Source of the DNA: Vicugna vicugna
Lineage: Eukaryota
NCBI GenBank assembly: GCA_013265495.1
Contig: MU058687.1
Coordinates: 4,524,093 to 4,588,092 of the forward strand
Length of the DNA stretch: 64,000 nucleotides
Direction: 5' to 3'
Shown one piece after another: positions 37,011 through 48,900 of this stretch. How positions within the stretch are numbered: position 1 is the first letter of the stretch; each line of letters opens with the position of its first letter. The translations under genes were made by a program, and so were the position numbers. The notes under the pieces are model-generated. The model ran no database searches. It was not told the origin of the DNA and saw only the letters and a list, made by a program, of their open reading frames with translations.

Positions 37011-37639
37011 TCCAGAGTTCTTAATATATCAAAATGACGGTTATGCTATCAGGAGGCCGTCTGTCATCATGCTCCAAATTATCTCCTTGTTTGTTCAACT
37101 GTTTGTACGTACTCTTTACCTCTTTCTTTCTGGAGATTATAATTTTCCATTAGAAGGGCAGTTTCTGGGAGGGGGTGCTCTTACTCTGCCATCTGTTTCT
37201 CCATGAGTCTGGTAGAAAAAGGATGATCCATATAACTTCTTTCTAATATGATTTATATGAAATGGAAGCATTTTCTGCTTTTCCCTTATGTGTTCTTATT
37301 TTGAATTGCAAATATTCACTTTCACATATATTTAAAAGTTATTTTGACAGTATGTAATGTAGACTTGAAACATTCTGAACTTGGCTGTTTTCCCTGGATC
37401 AGTTCTTTTTTTAGCAGAAACACTGTAAATACCCCAACAAGTGTCAGAACATACAGTATAGTGAACAGCCAAGGACAATCTGTTACGATATTCTGCGTAT
37501 TAAAGACCAGTTTGTTTATGCCACCAGGCGGAATTCATTTTTAGCATTTGGATTTGATGGATTTAGTGAGAATGACATAATTTGCTTCACTAAACAACAG
37601 TGCCATAAAAAAAGGATGTGCATTACTCTTTACTTAATG
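37010..37639 (-). pseudogene. Fossil exon, GREB1 N-terminal domain
   Basis: Acceptor ttttttcctttag| at 37639. KNEFRLVA*TN...IVLG...HLL ~ GKDLRLVSISN...LLVG...HLL; LLNICESEYLQFK ~ LLKICKAKPVIFK; TALLMENY ~ SPLLYTCY; VQTVEQTRR*FGA ~ SQSVSRAYEQYGA. Confidence 0.75.
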
Positions 37640-37739
37640 CTAAAGGAAAAAAAAATGTAAAGATACACAAGGTTAAGGTAGCCAAAGAAGCAGTGTTCCT
37701 AGAATTAACAGAAGAGAATTCAACTATGATGCTGAGAGG

Positions 37740-37920
37740 TTGACCAGCAGTAATTCCTTTCAAATAGGTCAATTGAATGGGCCGGGAACTTGCTTCATGG
37801 TGGAAGAAGTGAAGCTGTTAGCTGTTCTACTTAGAAACCTTGAAACTGAGGAATAATCTCCTGAGAACAACTGATGTGAGCTATAATCTTCCTGACTGAT
37901 TCTCCAAAATGAAGATTGAA
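37740..37920 (-). pseudogene. Fossil first coding exon (GREB1 extreme N-terminus)
   Basis: Acceptor ctgctcacag| at 37920. SRFLSRTANSFTSSTMKQVPGP and, after a shift, PIQLTYLK resemble TRFEEVLHNSIEASLRSNNLVPRPIFSQLYLE. No ATG remains at the expected position (~37894). Confidence 0.6.
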
Positions 37921-38249
37921 CTGTGAGCAGAATCACAAGTAATTTCTGAGCTGTCACACTTGGAGGGAGCAAAACCACAGGCCTTTCTGTTTCTCTTCTC
38001 TTTCCTCATCTTCCTTTTTCACTTCCTACTTCTTCCTTCTTTTCTCTCTCACGTTAGCTTATTCTTTTCCTCCATCTCCTTCCAGTTTTTACATGAGGGA
38101 TATTAAGCAGGTGACATGACTGATTGGAAGCTACTAGTCTTACAAGAAGGGTGAATCCCCATGTGTCGGGCTTTGCTTATGATTGTTCTGATGACACAGA
38201 AAAAGAAGCAACACTCAGAATCAGAGGTGAGCAAAACCAACGAAATCTA

Positions 38250-39280
38250 TGTTCATTAACAAGTATTTCTTAAGTGAGGAAATAGAAAGATGTATAAGAG
38301 TTCACGCTTTCAAATTATTTACAATCCATCGAAAGTTGAAAAAGCTATGTGTTGAAAACATATATGAGAAGAAATAATTAACAGCTTAAGGTATTATGTG
38401 CTAAAAGCAAATTAACCATTACAGATAGAACTATGGATGAGGAGGGAAGCACTCTTCACTGGGGTGGTCCAAGGGAAGTGGGCTTTGAGCTGGATTTTGA
38501 ATAACACTGCATAGAATTCAAACAGACAAAAGTCATGGCTGGAGATGAATGTGAGCAAAAGGTCAGAGACAGTTCTAGGTAAGTCTGGCTCATGTAGAAG
38601 GATTTTAAATGGTGGATAACTGTGAAAAGTGGTTTAAGATCAGCTTGGGAAAGGCTGTGAATGCCAGGGTAGAGAGCTTATTATGGGCTTGAGCAATATA
38701 ATGGAACAGGAATTGAGAAGCCAGGTCACTGATTGGGAGCAGGAGAGTGGGAGACATCTAAATTAGGTAAAGTTAAAAAGGGATGTATTTTGAAGGCTGG
38801 TCCATAAAATGAATGAAGGCATCCGTGAAAAATATTTTTTAGAAGTCAAGAAAAGGAAGTGGCTTTGTGAAGGTGACGGTTTTGAGATTTTGATAACTAT
38901 GAAATAACCATGTGAGAATTACACACTAATCTGTAAGAGGGTCGTGAACCAGAGTTTGGGAGAGAGTATAAAGCTAACCTGTAGATTTGTGAGTTAGCCA
39001 CCTAAAGGTGATGGTTTAATCCATGAAAATGGATGACATTTTCCACAGAAGAAGTGTGTTCAGAAGGTTTGGCATATCTCTGATGAATGGATATTAGGAG
39101 AATGAGAAACCATTGAAGAAAGGAAGAGCCGTTAGAAGGACAGAAGAACCCAGGCAGTGGATGGAGTGATGAGTGTTTCAGAACTGCAGAGGGTCTGGAA
39201 GTCTAAGGCCAGCTGGGTTAGCACGAGACTGAGAGGGAGGAAAAAGTGAATCACCTGGAATGAAGGACAGTAGGCGTCTT
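38250..39280 (-). mobile_element. L2 LINE fragment
   Basis: Purine-rich antisense L2 pattern (ttcattaacaagtatttc...gggctttgagctggattttgaa...aaggctgtgaatgccagggt). Confidence 0.65.
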
Positions 39281-39439
39281 AAAGGTCTTTTGTAGCAATC
39301 GTATGTTTGTCTGTAAGTAACATCCCTGGGAAGGAATGGGTTCCTTTGCCTTGTTCTTCTTCATTAATACAAATAGAAACACAGGTGGTGAGACAAATTG
39401 GAAAACAATGTACGTGCAGCTAACACTCCTAGAGAAAAA

Positions 39440-39730
39440 GATTTCGCACTGTCTGTTGCTAACCTGCTCTGATACTCAATGGCACTTGTTACCCAGGAGT
39501 TCTTTTTAAAATCATTATCCAAAATCCCCATTGCTCTCATTTAAGCTGTGTTTTTTCCTGACATTCTTTTGTTTATCCTCAGGGAATATGAAGAACATAT
39601 GGTTACTATCTCTCAAGTAATAATCTTCATATTTGTGAAATAGGTATTTCACAAGATTTTTTTTTCTCTCTCTAGCCTTCTATTCTTCAGGCTAAATAAT
39701 ACTGAGTTGTTTATCCTTTCTCTATGGGCA
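39440..39730 (-). mobile_element. CR1/L3 LINE fragment
   Basis: agccttctattcttcaggctaaataatactgagttgtttatcctttc is typical of the antisense L3/CR1 3' region. Confidence 0.55.
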
Positions 39731-40434
39731 TTTCTTCCTGGGACAGTGTCTCAGACTGAGGGCCACTGTGGAGTCAAGTTTGCCTATTGGTAGAAACTCA
39801 AGAATGAAATAATGACAACTCTTTGGGGAACAACTCTGTGTGCCTTTTGTATCCTGAGCACTTATCAAAACTAACAGGTACATATTATATCTTTCAAAAA
39901 GCAAACAAACAAACAAAAAAAAAGTGTGGTCAAAGGGGAAGAACTGTAGCTTTCATCTCTTCTTCCCAGTGATGGCCATATATCAACTCACTTCCTGTTT
40001 GAATGAAAGCAAGGGTTAAAAAAACACATACTAAGGTATAAAATCAGGAATATGATTTTTAAAAGGTTGTTAAAAGTCAAGGCTAATTTGTTGGGCTGTT
40101 TTTTAGGGATGTGATATTTTATATCTTAGTATATTCAGAAACACTCAGAGGCATTAAAAGCTCTGAGAGCAGTAGGAGTTGGCCTTCTAATGAATGTTGC
40201 CTCCACGTCCTCCCTAGAATTTACGCCATCCTTTTTCATGCTAGTTTTAATAAAGATTATTAAGGACTATGAGTCACAATTTGTCAACAAGTATTTGCAA
40301 TAGGCCAGCTAAGAGTTTGGCACTGTTCCAGGGGGACTTAAGTAAACACAAGATTGCAGACTGCTAAAGCTGATAAATCTTCTGGTTTATCTCAGAGGTG
40401 GAGTTCTCTTGACACCGTAATAGGCGTGAATGTT

Positions 40435-40660
40435 TACATAGAACTGACCTTGTGCTGGGCACTATTCTAACACTTTCTGTATGATAACTGACATTGTTTA
40501 TTTTCATACTTATAAGGACCCATTGAAGTAGGTACTGTTACCCTCATTTTGCAGATGGGAAAACTGATGAGACTTGCCTAAGATCATAACCAGTGAGCAA
40601 CAGAGCTCAGATTTGAACCTGTGTCACCTGCCTGCAAATCCTGCATATTTAATCATTTAC
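40435..40660 (-). mobile_element. MIR SINE
   Basis: gtgctgggcactattctaa...ccctcattttgcagatgggaaaactga...agatttgaacc. Confidence 0.8.
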
Positions 40661-41524
40661 TTCAGGAGAGGTGACTTCTGGGTTGTCTCTGAGTAAACTG
40701 AGAGAAGACAAGTGTGCTAGTTTGTACTAGGAAATCCCCCCTCTTTTGGAATGGAACCTTTCCTCCGATACCTCTCCTCTGTTGGTTGAACTTCATTCCC
40801 TGGAGAAAGATGGAAGGGTCTCTTCTACTACAGAGATGGAAGAATTTCTTCCTCAGACGCTGACGTCAGCCTTCAAACTCCTTCAGTTTTTTTTTTTCCT
40901 CTTTAGAATGCATTTCATTCTTTTCTTCAACTGCTACATATGACATTTCTTTTATCCATTCCGCTTTGCAAAACTTGCCTTATTCCAGAAAGGATATTGG
41001 ATGGTTCACACAAATGTACACAATAGACAAGTGAGAGAATATGTCCTTCCAGGTTTTGTGGCATCAGTAGACTTGATAAGCATGCCTTTTGTATCTTCTT
41101 TTGAGCTGCAGATACGCAGGTTAGGGCAGTAGAGCGTACAGCGCCTTGCGGCATGCCCCTGGACACTCCCCCAGGACTTCTCAAACACCAGCCTGCATCT
41201 TTCCATCCTTGTTACAATGTTATTGACTGACATGCTTATATCAAGGCTTCCTTGGATAGCATTTGTCTCCAGGATCTAATCATCCATTAAGCTTGGAAGA
41301 CAGCATTGTATAGGATATTAAGGTGGATTTTGGATTCAAAATCTTTGCAGATTGGACAATTTACTTAATCTCTGAGCTGTTAGTCTCCTTAAACTAGCAG
41401 GAATGACAACAAATATTTTACCTTTTCTTCAGGCTCAGTTATGATTGCAAATACATGTCAAGAAGGCTTTGTGTGGCTGACGGAGTCTGGTAGATGTTTA
41501 TTTAATAATTGACTTTCTAGGGGA

Positions 41525-41694
41525 AAAAAAGGCTGTGGTTTGTGGCCTTCCCAGGTTTCTGTGGTAGAAGTTTTTCCACCAAAGCTGCTTTCAAGCTTCT
41601 GTCATGGCATCACTGAACACAGAGTTGGGAAGCAATATGTGTACAGCTAAATGGCTCCTAGAAGCCAGGGCAGTCCCGTTTCAGCATGCCACTG
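41525..41694 (-). mobile_element. MER63-like hAT element
   Basis: Reverse strand cagtggcatgctg...cttcccaactctgtgttcagtgatgccatgacagaagcttgaaa. Confidence 0.65.
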
Positions 41695-44600
41695 TGTGTG
41701 CCTCATGCTCACTCCCACTCCTGGGCATACTGCAGCATTAATAAGTAAACTATAAGACACACATGAAAAAAAGAGAGATTTCTATTACAGGGAACTCCCA
41801 TCAGGTACTGATACTGCCTGGAAATGAGAGGTGATGACTTTATTTACATTTATAATTGTGAACCTTCTTTTGCTTGCTGTGGTATGGGACCTCCAGCTAG
41901 TCTTTCTGAATGTGTTTGCTTTTTTTTTCTGTTTTCACCGATATCTGTCCCACCTTCCCTTTCTACTTTCCTCCTCCAGCAAATGCTTTATATGCAATAG
42001 CTACCAAGGAAAGTGAAGGATTTTATAAGAAACTCCAAGGTACATTTAGAAAAAGAATGAACACAAAGTGTCCATATTTTATCAATATGTAGCATTCAGC
42101 TAAGAGTTGAGTATAAAAAGAAACATTTGCCTACTCAAAGAAACCACCAACAAAATCTTGGCATAAGAGAAATGGACTGTTTTAGTATTGGCTGTTTATT
42201 CTTTCCTTGTGAAGAGAAATGTCTGAATATGCTCATTTTCATACTTCAAGTCATCATCAATTACAGAGCTGCAGGCACTTTTCTTGTGGGCTACCTCCTG
42301 TGGCCGATGGTGAGAACGAGCAGCTGTTGGGTAGATACCGAAGAAAAGCATCCTTCATGATGTTCTCCTGTTTTCTTCTCCTAGCTCAGGCGGAGAGATT
42401 GATGCACAGGGAAGGAAATGAAGGGCATGCATCCAAGTTTCTTTCTAGCTGTCTCCTTAGAAAGCACTGCTTTTTGGATAGTCCTCAAAGCATGATGCAG
42501 CTGAGACAGTATAGATACACGTGTCACATTTAGTTACCATTTGCTTCCTTCTGGCAATTCTTTGGCAGGAGGAATCAAATTCTTCTCTCTGAACATCATG
42601 ACCAACTATTTCCCTTTGTGTTTAGTAAATATTTGGGCATTGTGGCTTGTGAGAGCAATGATTGCTTGTATGCTTCATAGACTGGACACTTCCTTGATAC
42701 TTGATGGTTGATTTGGGGATGTGGTAATAACCAGGTGGAACTGGACAAGGAATTAGGATGTGTAATGTTTAGTAATAGTAACTTTTCCTTAGGTATTTCA
42801 TCATATTTGAAAATGGAATACCCTGTATGTTGGGAGCCTAGTTTTATAGTGGCTCTGCTTTTGGAGTGTTTTATTCAATCCATTTATCAGTCCATTGTCA
42901 TTTTAATGTTGAGGTATGTTAACATACACTTTAACAGTGTAATTCTTGAGCTAAAAAGTCCTACCGTAGAGACATCAGTAAAGGTGGCTAGAGCTGTACA
43001 AGAGTGCATGACAAATACAACAGACCTATCGGACTTACTCCTGAAATGCTGTCTAAAAAGTTGGTCACTCTTGTCACCATAGTTTAGCACAAAGTTAATG
43101 AAAATAGGACTATAATTTCAATGTAAAACATCAAACACCTCATAATTATCATTATCATCCATCTTTATCTGCCGTCATCCATCACCATTATTATTGTATT
43201 TTTATTGCTTGGATTAATCCAGTCCTAATAGAGCACAATGGTATGGAAATTATTTAATTATGTTATAAGTGCAAACTTTATCAAGTCAGAAATCATTTAG
43301 TCTTATGACAGAAATCAGAAATCAGAAATACCACCTCCTGGAAGGACTAGCTATGTGTGCCTTTAAGATGTTTAACTCACACATGCAGAGAAATACGTAG
43401 GGTGTCTGACAGCTGAATTTCATCTATTCCACCATGTTTTAATAATTAGTCTCTCTACCAGGGACTCTCAGACATTAGTATTTAGCAGAAGCACTTAGGG
43501 CCTTTGCTAAATACACACCTTTGGGGGTCTCATCATAGTGGGTCTCTGTTGTGACTCTCGGAGTCTCTATTTTTTTCTCTTTGACAGGCATCTCAGATAC
43601 TTCTGATATAGGGGGTCAGGAAGAACACATTTTAAGGAACTTCCCACTCAGCCCTCATAAAAGGCATGCACCATTCTGCCTATGTTTTTGTTATGTTATA
43701 GTCAATGGAATGTGACTATCAATAAATAATCACTGTAATTATTATATATTATTATAGTTACACCAGTCCTAATTATATTGGTCATTAATATCAATAGTAA
43801 TGAACGGTAGCAGATACATATATGGTACTCACTATGACAGCTGTTCTTTTAAAGGATTTTCATGTGTTAATCCTCACGGCAGTTTTTTGAGGCAGGTGAT
43901 ATCATATCCCTGGATATGGAGTTCTGGATGAGGAGTTTCCCTTGGAGGAGGTGGTCACTGAGTCACAGAGGTAAGACAGTGGACTCTGGAACTGGACCAT
44001 GTGGGTTCAGGGTCTGCCCCTGCCACTTCCTGGCTGCATGGCAGTGCCAAGGGGCCTTCTGTCCCTGATTGTAAATGACAACTGAGGATATGACTAACAC
44101 TGATCTCACAGGGCAGAGCTAAGTGTTCAAAGGGTAGCCTGGAAAGTCGTCCATGCTCTGGAGATGTTACCTGTTACCACCCTCTGCTGTGACAACTCTG
44201 CTGCTCCAGCCTCATTTCTACTAAGTCATTGTCATTAACATAGCAATGCTGCTGTCTGGGCTGTCAGTATCTTTAGCTACTTGAAAGTGTTTTTTTCTTT
44301 CTTTCTTTCTTTCTCTCTTTTCCTTTTTTTTTTTTTTGAGCATTGGAAAACATTTGGTTTTCGATTAATTTTAATTGGCAAACATAGAAATATTAGACAT
44401 AATTAATAACTTGATTACCTAGTTAGAAAGGCAGAACACAATGCCTGTGGCCAGGAGATTAATGTGCAAGTCTCCGTGTTCATTGCTACTATTAAATTAG
44501 TTCACTTTTTTGTATAAATTTAAAAAAAAATTACTAAGCCCCTTTCTCTACCAAATTAAATTACAGACATCAGCCTATCTGTAGCCTTTCCCACTTCCGG

Positions 44601-46289
44601 TAGGACTATCTCTCTGCACATTACATGGCTTCATAGCTGCTTCCTGGCCCTCTGGCCTCTGAGGCAGGCGCACAACCCCTGCCTTGAGTTCTGAAGGCAC
44701 TTCCAACTGCAAATCCCTGTCCTGTGTCTACCGCTGTCTGTCGGTTCCTTAGACTATAGTTCTCAGTATTTAGTGTGAGTTGATGCCACCTGGGGCTCTT
44801 TTCTAAACACAAATTTCTGAGTGCTAAATTTGGATTCATTAAGTCTGGCAGGGAACTCAGAAATCTGAGCCTCTCTCCAACCCCCTCCCTTGGGTGACCT
44901 TGATATAGCCAGTCCACAGACTTCCTTCTGAGAAACACTAGCTTAGCTTGTAGAGAAAAACAAAAATGCACATGAGTAAAAAATTTGGGATGTAATAGGG
45001 CAAAAGAAACTGAAGTAAGAATAGCAAACATTTCAAAAGAAAGTGAGACTGCCTCTCTTGAGGCATCACGTTAATACATCACACTAACAGTTGCTGTAGA
45101 GTTAGGGGTTTGCAGCAGGGTTCAGAACGGGGACAGATGAGGAGATGGAGTTGCGCTGGGGGACTAGGAAGGAGACCAGTCTGAAGAAGAGCACTTGCCA
45201 AACTTGACATCACCAGGCAAGTTCCCGGGCTCAACTTCCTCCCTTTATTTCTTCCGCCAGCTCTCCCTGCCCCAACCTGCCACTAAGGGTTGTGTTTAGA
45301 ATGGACCAGAGTCCCAGGAGACTGTTGAATATGCATAGAGGAAGGGTTTTGCAAGTTGTGCTTGGAAGCCTCTGGGTTGTTGATGAGGTACATATTTTGA
45401 CATTGTTTACAGAGAAGGAGCAAAGATGGGAGAGGGGTCTTAAACTCCAAGGACAACAAGGAATCCCTCTTGGATGATAATACAATTGAGAATGATCTCA
45501 GTAACTGAGGTAGTTGATAATCAGTCATTGTGAGGCAGATCTGAGGATTTTTATAGGGTGTGTATTAGCACATTTACTCTTCTGAAGCGCTCTCTGAGGT
45601 AGTTACTAATGTTCCAGTACTACAGGCAAGGAAACTGGGAAGTTCAGTAACTTTCCCAAAAGGCATAAAGAGGGGGCAGCAAGGGTGATGACTCCATACG
45701 TTGAGGGAAACAGATCATCATTTTTATGGAAAGGGAAGCCACCTTTAGAGTCTGTCACAAAGGGTGCTATTTGAATTAATTAGACTGAATGGCTCTGTAA
45801 GAATTGGAACCCACCACTCAAACAGAATTTAAGCAGTTCTGGCAGCAAACATACTTTGTGCTTCTTGTGATGATAAATTGGTCAGGGTCACCTAATCCCA
45901 TGTAGAACAGTTCCTAGATTTGTGGAAAGGGGCATATGAGGTAGGATTAAAGAATCAGAATTCATCCATCAGACTCCGTCATGATGGTTCATTTTTTCTA
46001 GAACTGGCTCAAGAGTATCAGTTCCCTAATTTTTTATTTCTTCTTGGCCCAAAGATTTCACACTGAGAACACTGAAGTCTTTACCAAGGATCTTTTTTTA
46101 GCCAAGGATATTTTTTTTTTCATCTCCATGTCCTCAAAACATCTTTCTAAATCAATTAATACTCATCAAAAATTTAATTTTCTATGACTGACTGCATAAC
46201 AATACTATTCATAATAACTGACATTCAATGAGCTCTTAATCTCTGTGGTCACTATTTCAAGTGTTTTATCCATATTTTGTTATACGAAA

Positions 46290-46550
46290 TAGCACCATTT
46301 GCTTTGATTAACCCAATTTTATTGGACATTATGGTTATTTCCCAATTTCTGCCGTTATAAACAATGTTGCAGCAATCATATTTGTAGCTAAACAGTATAA
46401 AATATTTGTAACTATATCCTTATAACAAGTTTTCAGAAGTAGAGATGCCAGTGTAAGAGTGTACCTGTTTCAAAGTTTTCAGCACATGTATCAGATTTGC
46501 TGCCAGGAATATCACACCAATTTATATTTCCACCAACAACATAGGAAGAT
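46290..46550 (-). mobile_element. L1M fragment
   Basis: attggacattatggttatttcccaatttctgccgttataaacaatgttgcagcaatcata. Confidence 0.65.
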
Positions 46551-46799
46551 TTTTATTAAAAGTTTTAAAAGACATCAACTGTGAATTAACAAACTCTGAG
46601 TTCTCTGTAAGAAAGATGTCTAGCAATCTTTATCAAGAACCAGGATGTCCCATTACCCGTTTTCCTCAGAAAAGGGAGTCAAGGGTAAGTTGCAGTCTGT
46701 CTGTAACACACTGCCATGTAAGTACTAAAGGATTTCTCCAAAATGCATTATAAATTCTTCGATCCATAAATAAATCTCCTGGTATGTGAGAGATGCTCA

Positions 46800-47112
46800 T
46801 TCCTTGTCATCCTTGAGAACATTCAGGTCTCAGTTCAACTGTCACCTTTAGAGAGAATCTTTTTCTACTACCCTGTCTAAGGTAGTCTCCCAAACCTGCC
46901 AGTCACTCTGTATCCCGTTACTCTGTCTTACTTTTTAATAGCACTTACCACCATTCTGTTTTTTTTAGTACTGTATTGTCTTGCTCCTCATTACAGCATA
47001 AGCTTCCAGGAGTCAAAAGATCTACACTAGTCATTTTATCTCTGGGGCCGTAAAACAGTCTTGAAACATGGAAGACACCCAGAGATGATGAATCAGTGAA
47101 TGAATGAATAAA
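46800..47112 (+). mobile_element. L2 3' end
   Basis: tcaggtctcagttcaactgtcacc...atagcacttaccacc...gtgaatgaatgaataaat. Confidence 0.7.
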
Positions 47113-48344
47113 TGCTAGTCCTGTTAAATCCCCAGGTTCACCATTCATCATTCATTCACAGCTGTTAGTCTGCAGTTCAACACTGTTAAGGGACACAGTC
47201 CACACATGGGGGAAATACCCTTTGTGACCCTGAGATACTCACTCAGCCTTGTAGATGAAGATGAGCAGGAAAGGACTCATTATTAAAGCATTAGTAACAT
47301 TGGTCCTTTGGTTACAAATGTGATTTAGTTTCTCCTTGGATTTATCCTAGGAGTTGCCATTTAATGACATTAGGCTATTATTCTGGTTGAGTTTGGCTGC
47401 ACCCTTTGGGTAGCCATCTTCATCAGTTTCCTCAGTCCCTGCCTTCTATGGATAAAACTTTAGCAGAGGTATAAAGATCCTATTGTCAGATCCTCTGAAG
47501 ATTGTTTTGTTCGATAATGGGTGTTCTGAGAGATACTACTCTGAGAGCAAGTAGCTTAATGATTTACCATGTACCTTAACTAGGAAAATACGCTTGTTTT
47601 CCCAGGACAGTGTGGAATCTGTGTGGTTCCCCATGGTTTTCCTTGGCACTTACACGATGACTGAAGGATAGGAAGCCTTCCACAAAAGGGTGAATAAGTG
47701 AATGAGTTAATCAAAGTCTGTACTACTTATTGAAAAACCCAATTGGGATGTATTATGTGTTCTGGGTAACTCCTTTGAGCATTGGGAATGCGTGTGAGTA
47801 CTTATATCTAAGTTGAACGGCTGCGTGTGGACAGCAGAAGTTGCTTCAAGGTGGGATTTAGCTGGCTTGAATTTATGCAGTGGTATTTGTCTTACTGGGG
47901 AGGATGCTTACCCACTTCCCTGATTCTCTAGAAACCCCAGGTCTTCCCAGAGTTCTGTCTGGATTTCACATGGAGCTCTAAGTTTATAATAAACATTCCC
48001 GGCTTCTGCATATTTGCTGTTTGCTCAGAAAAGATGATTGGGCCACAGTCACTTCTTTTGTGACTTCGTGATTTATTTGTTTGGGTTATGTGGTCAGCTA
48101 GGTGAAGACAACAGAGCCAGTCTGATGCTGAGGAACCCGTAGTAAGGAACGCTTGCTTGTGGGACCACGGTGTGCCCTATATAGCGCGTGAAACTGTCCT
48201 TTCCTCTTTGGCACCTGACCTACTTGCCTCTTACTTGTCCCTAATATTCCTGTAGTAAAACAAGCAGGGGATGTGGTCTCTAGTCTCCCTTATCACAGTA
48301 ACTGTATTTTCATTTCTTTGGACAAATGAGTTAATTTCCCTATA

Positions 48345-48900
48345 TCTAAAGGTAAAGAGCCCAGGTTTCAGAACCAAATAGCCTAGATTTGTATCCTGGC
48401 CCTACTACATACGACTGCTGACCTTGAGCAAGCTACTTAACCTCTTTGATCCTCAGTTTTCTCATCTTTGAAATTGGGCTAGTAAGAGAACCTTCCCCAC
48501 TTGGGAATCACGAATTCTGAGTTAGCACACAACATGAGCTTAGAAGAATGGCTGGAGCGTTACAAGTTCTCCATGTCAACTTGTTTTTATTAGGAACAGA
48601 ATTAAGGAAAAGAACCATCAGCTCATCTAAGATAATGATGATAAAACGGCAGGTTTGATTGTTTGATGTGTCTCCTGTGTGCCGAGCACTGAACTGGATT
48701 CTTTGTCTATCTTACGTGATTTAAATCTGGCAACACGTTGAAGTAAATATTATTATTATTTCATCTTACCAATGAGGAAACTGGAGACCTCAAAGACTGA
48801 GTACTTTGTTCAAGATTAAATAGCTCTTAAATGGTGGAGTTCAGATTTGAATCTAGTTGCAACTGACTTTAAAACCTGTCGTCTTAACCCTCGTGCTATG
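48345..48900. mobile_element. Two MIR SINEs in opposite orientation
   Basis: + core gaccttgagcaagctacttaacctctttgatcctcagttttctcatct (~48420); - core catcttaccaatgaggaaactggagac (~48770). Confidence 0.7.

Larger units (their letters stand above)
46..37920 (-). pseudogene. Unitary (intron-containing) pseudogene of a GREB1-family gene with tandemly repeated cpSF2-helicase/TAGT glycosyltransferase modules; not GREB1 or GREB1L itself
   Basis: About 18 minus-strand segments, many bounded by polypyrimidine-AG and GT sites, translate into motifs collinear with GREB1. Examples: WLGSLTGAS~WLASLAASS, LYVVIPDHTLW~LFVLIHDHAHW, DSESQNL~DSSTQNL, WEVPQHARLDYG~WTVPRPSHMDYG, TITPTTR~TFTPTTG, KPDIM~APDIM, PFRTTDSSCL~PFIVISDDSCV. 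Numerous stops, frameshifts and TE insertions. Manual alignment to GREB1 from memory. Confidence 0.85.

Noticed and set aside
46..37920. Calling this locus GREB1 or GREB1L itself
   Set aside because: Similarity is only motif-level, every segment is disrupted, and the body is repeated. True mammalian GREB1/GREB1L exons would be highly similar to human and intact.
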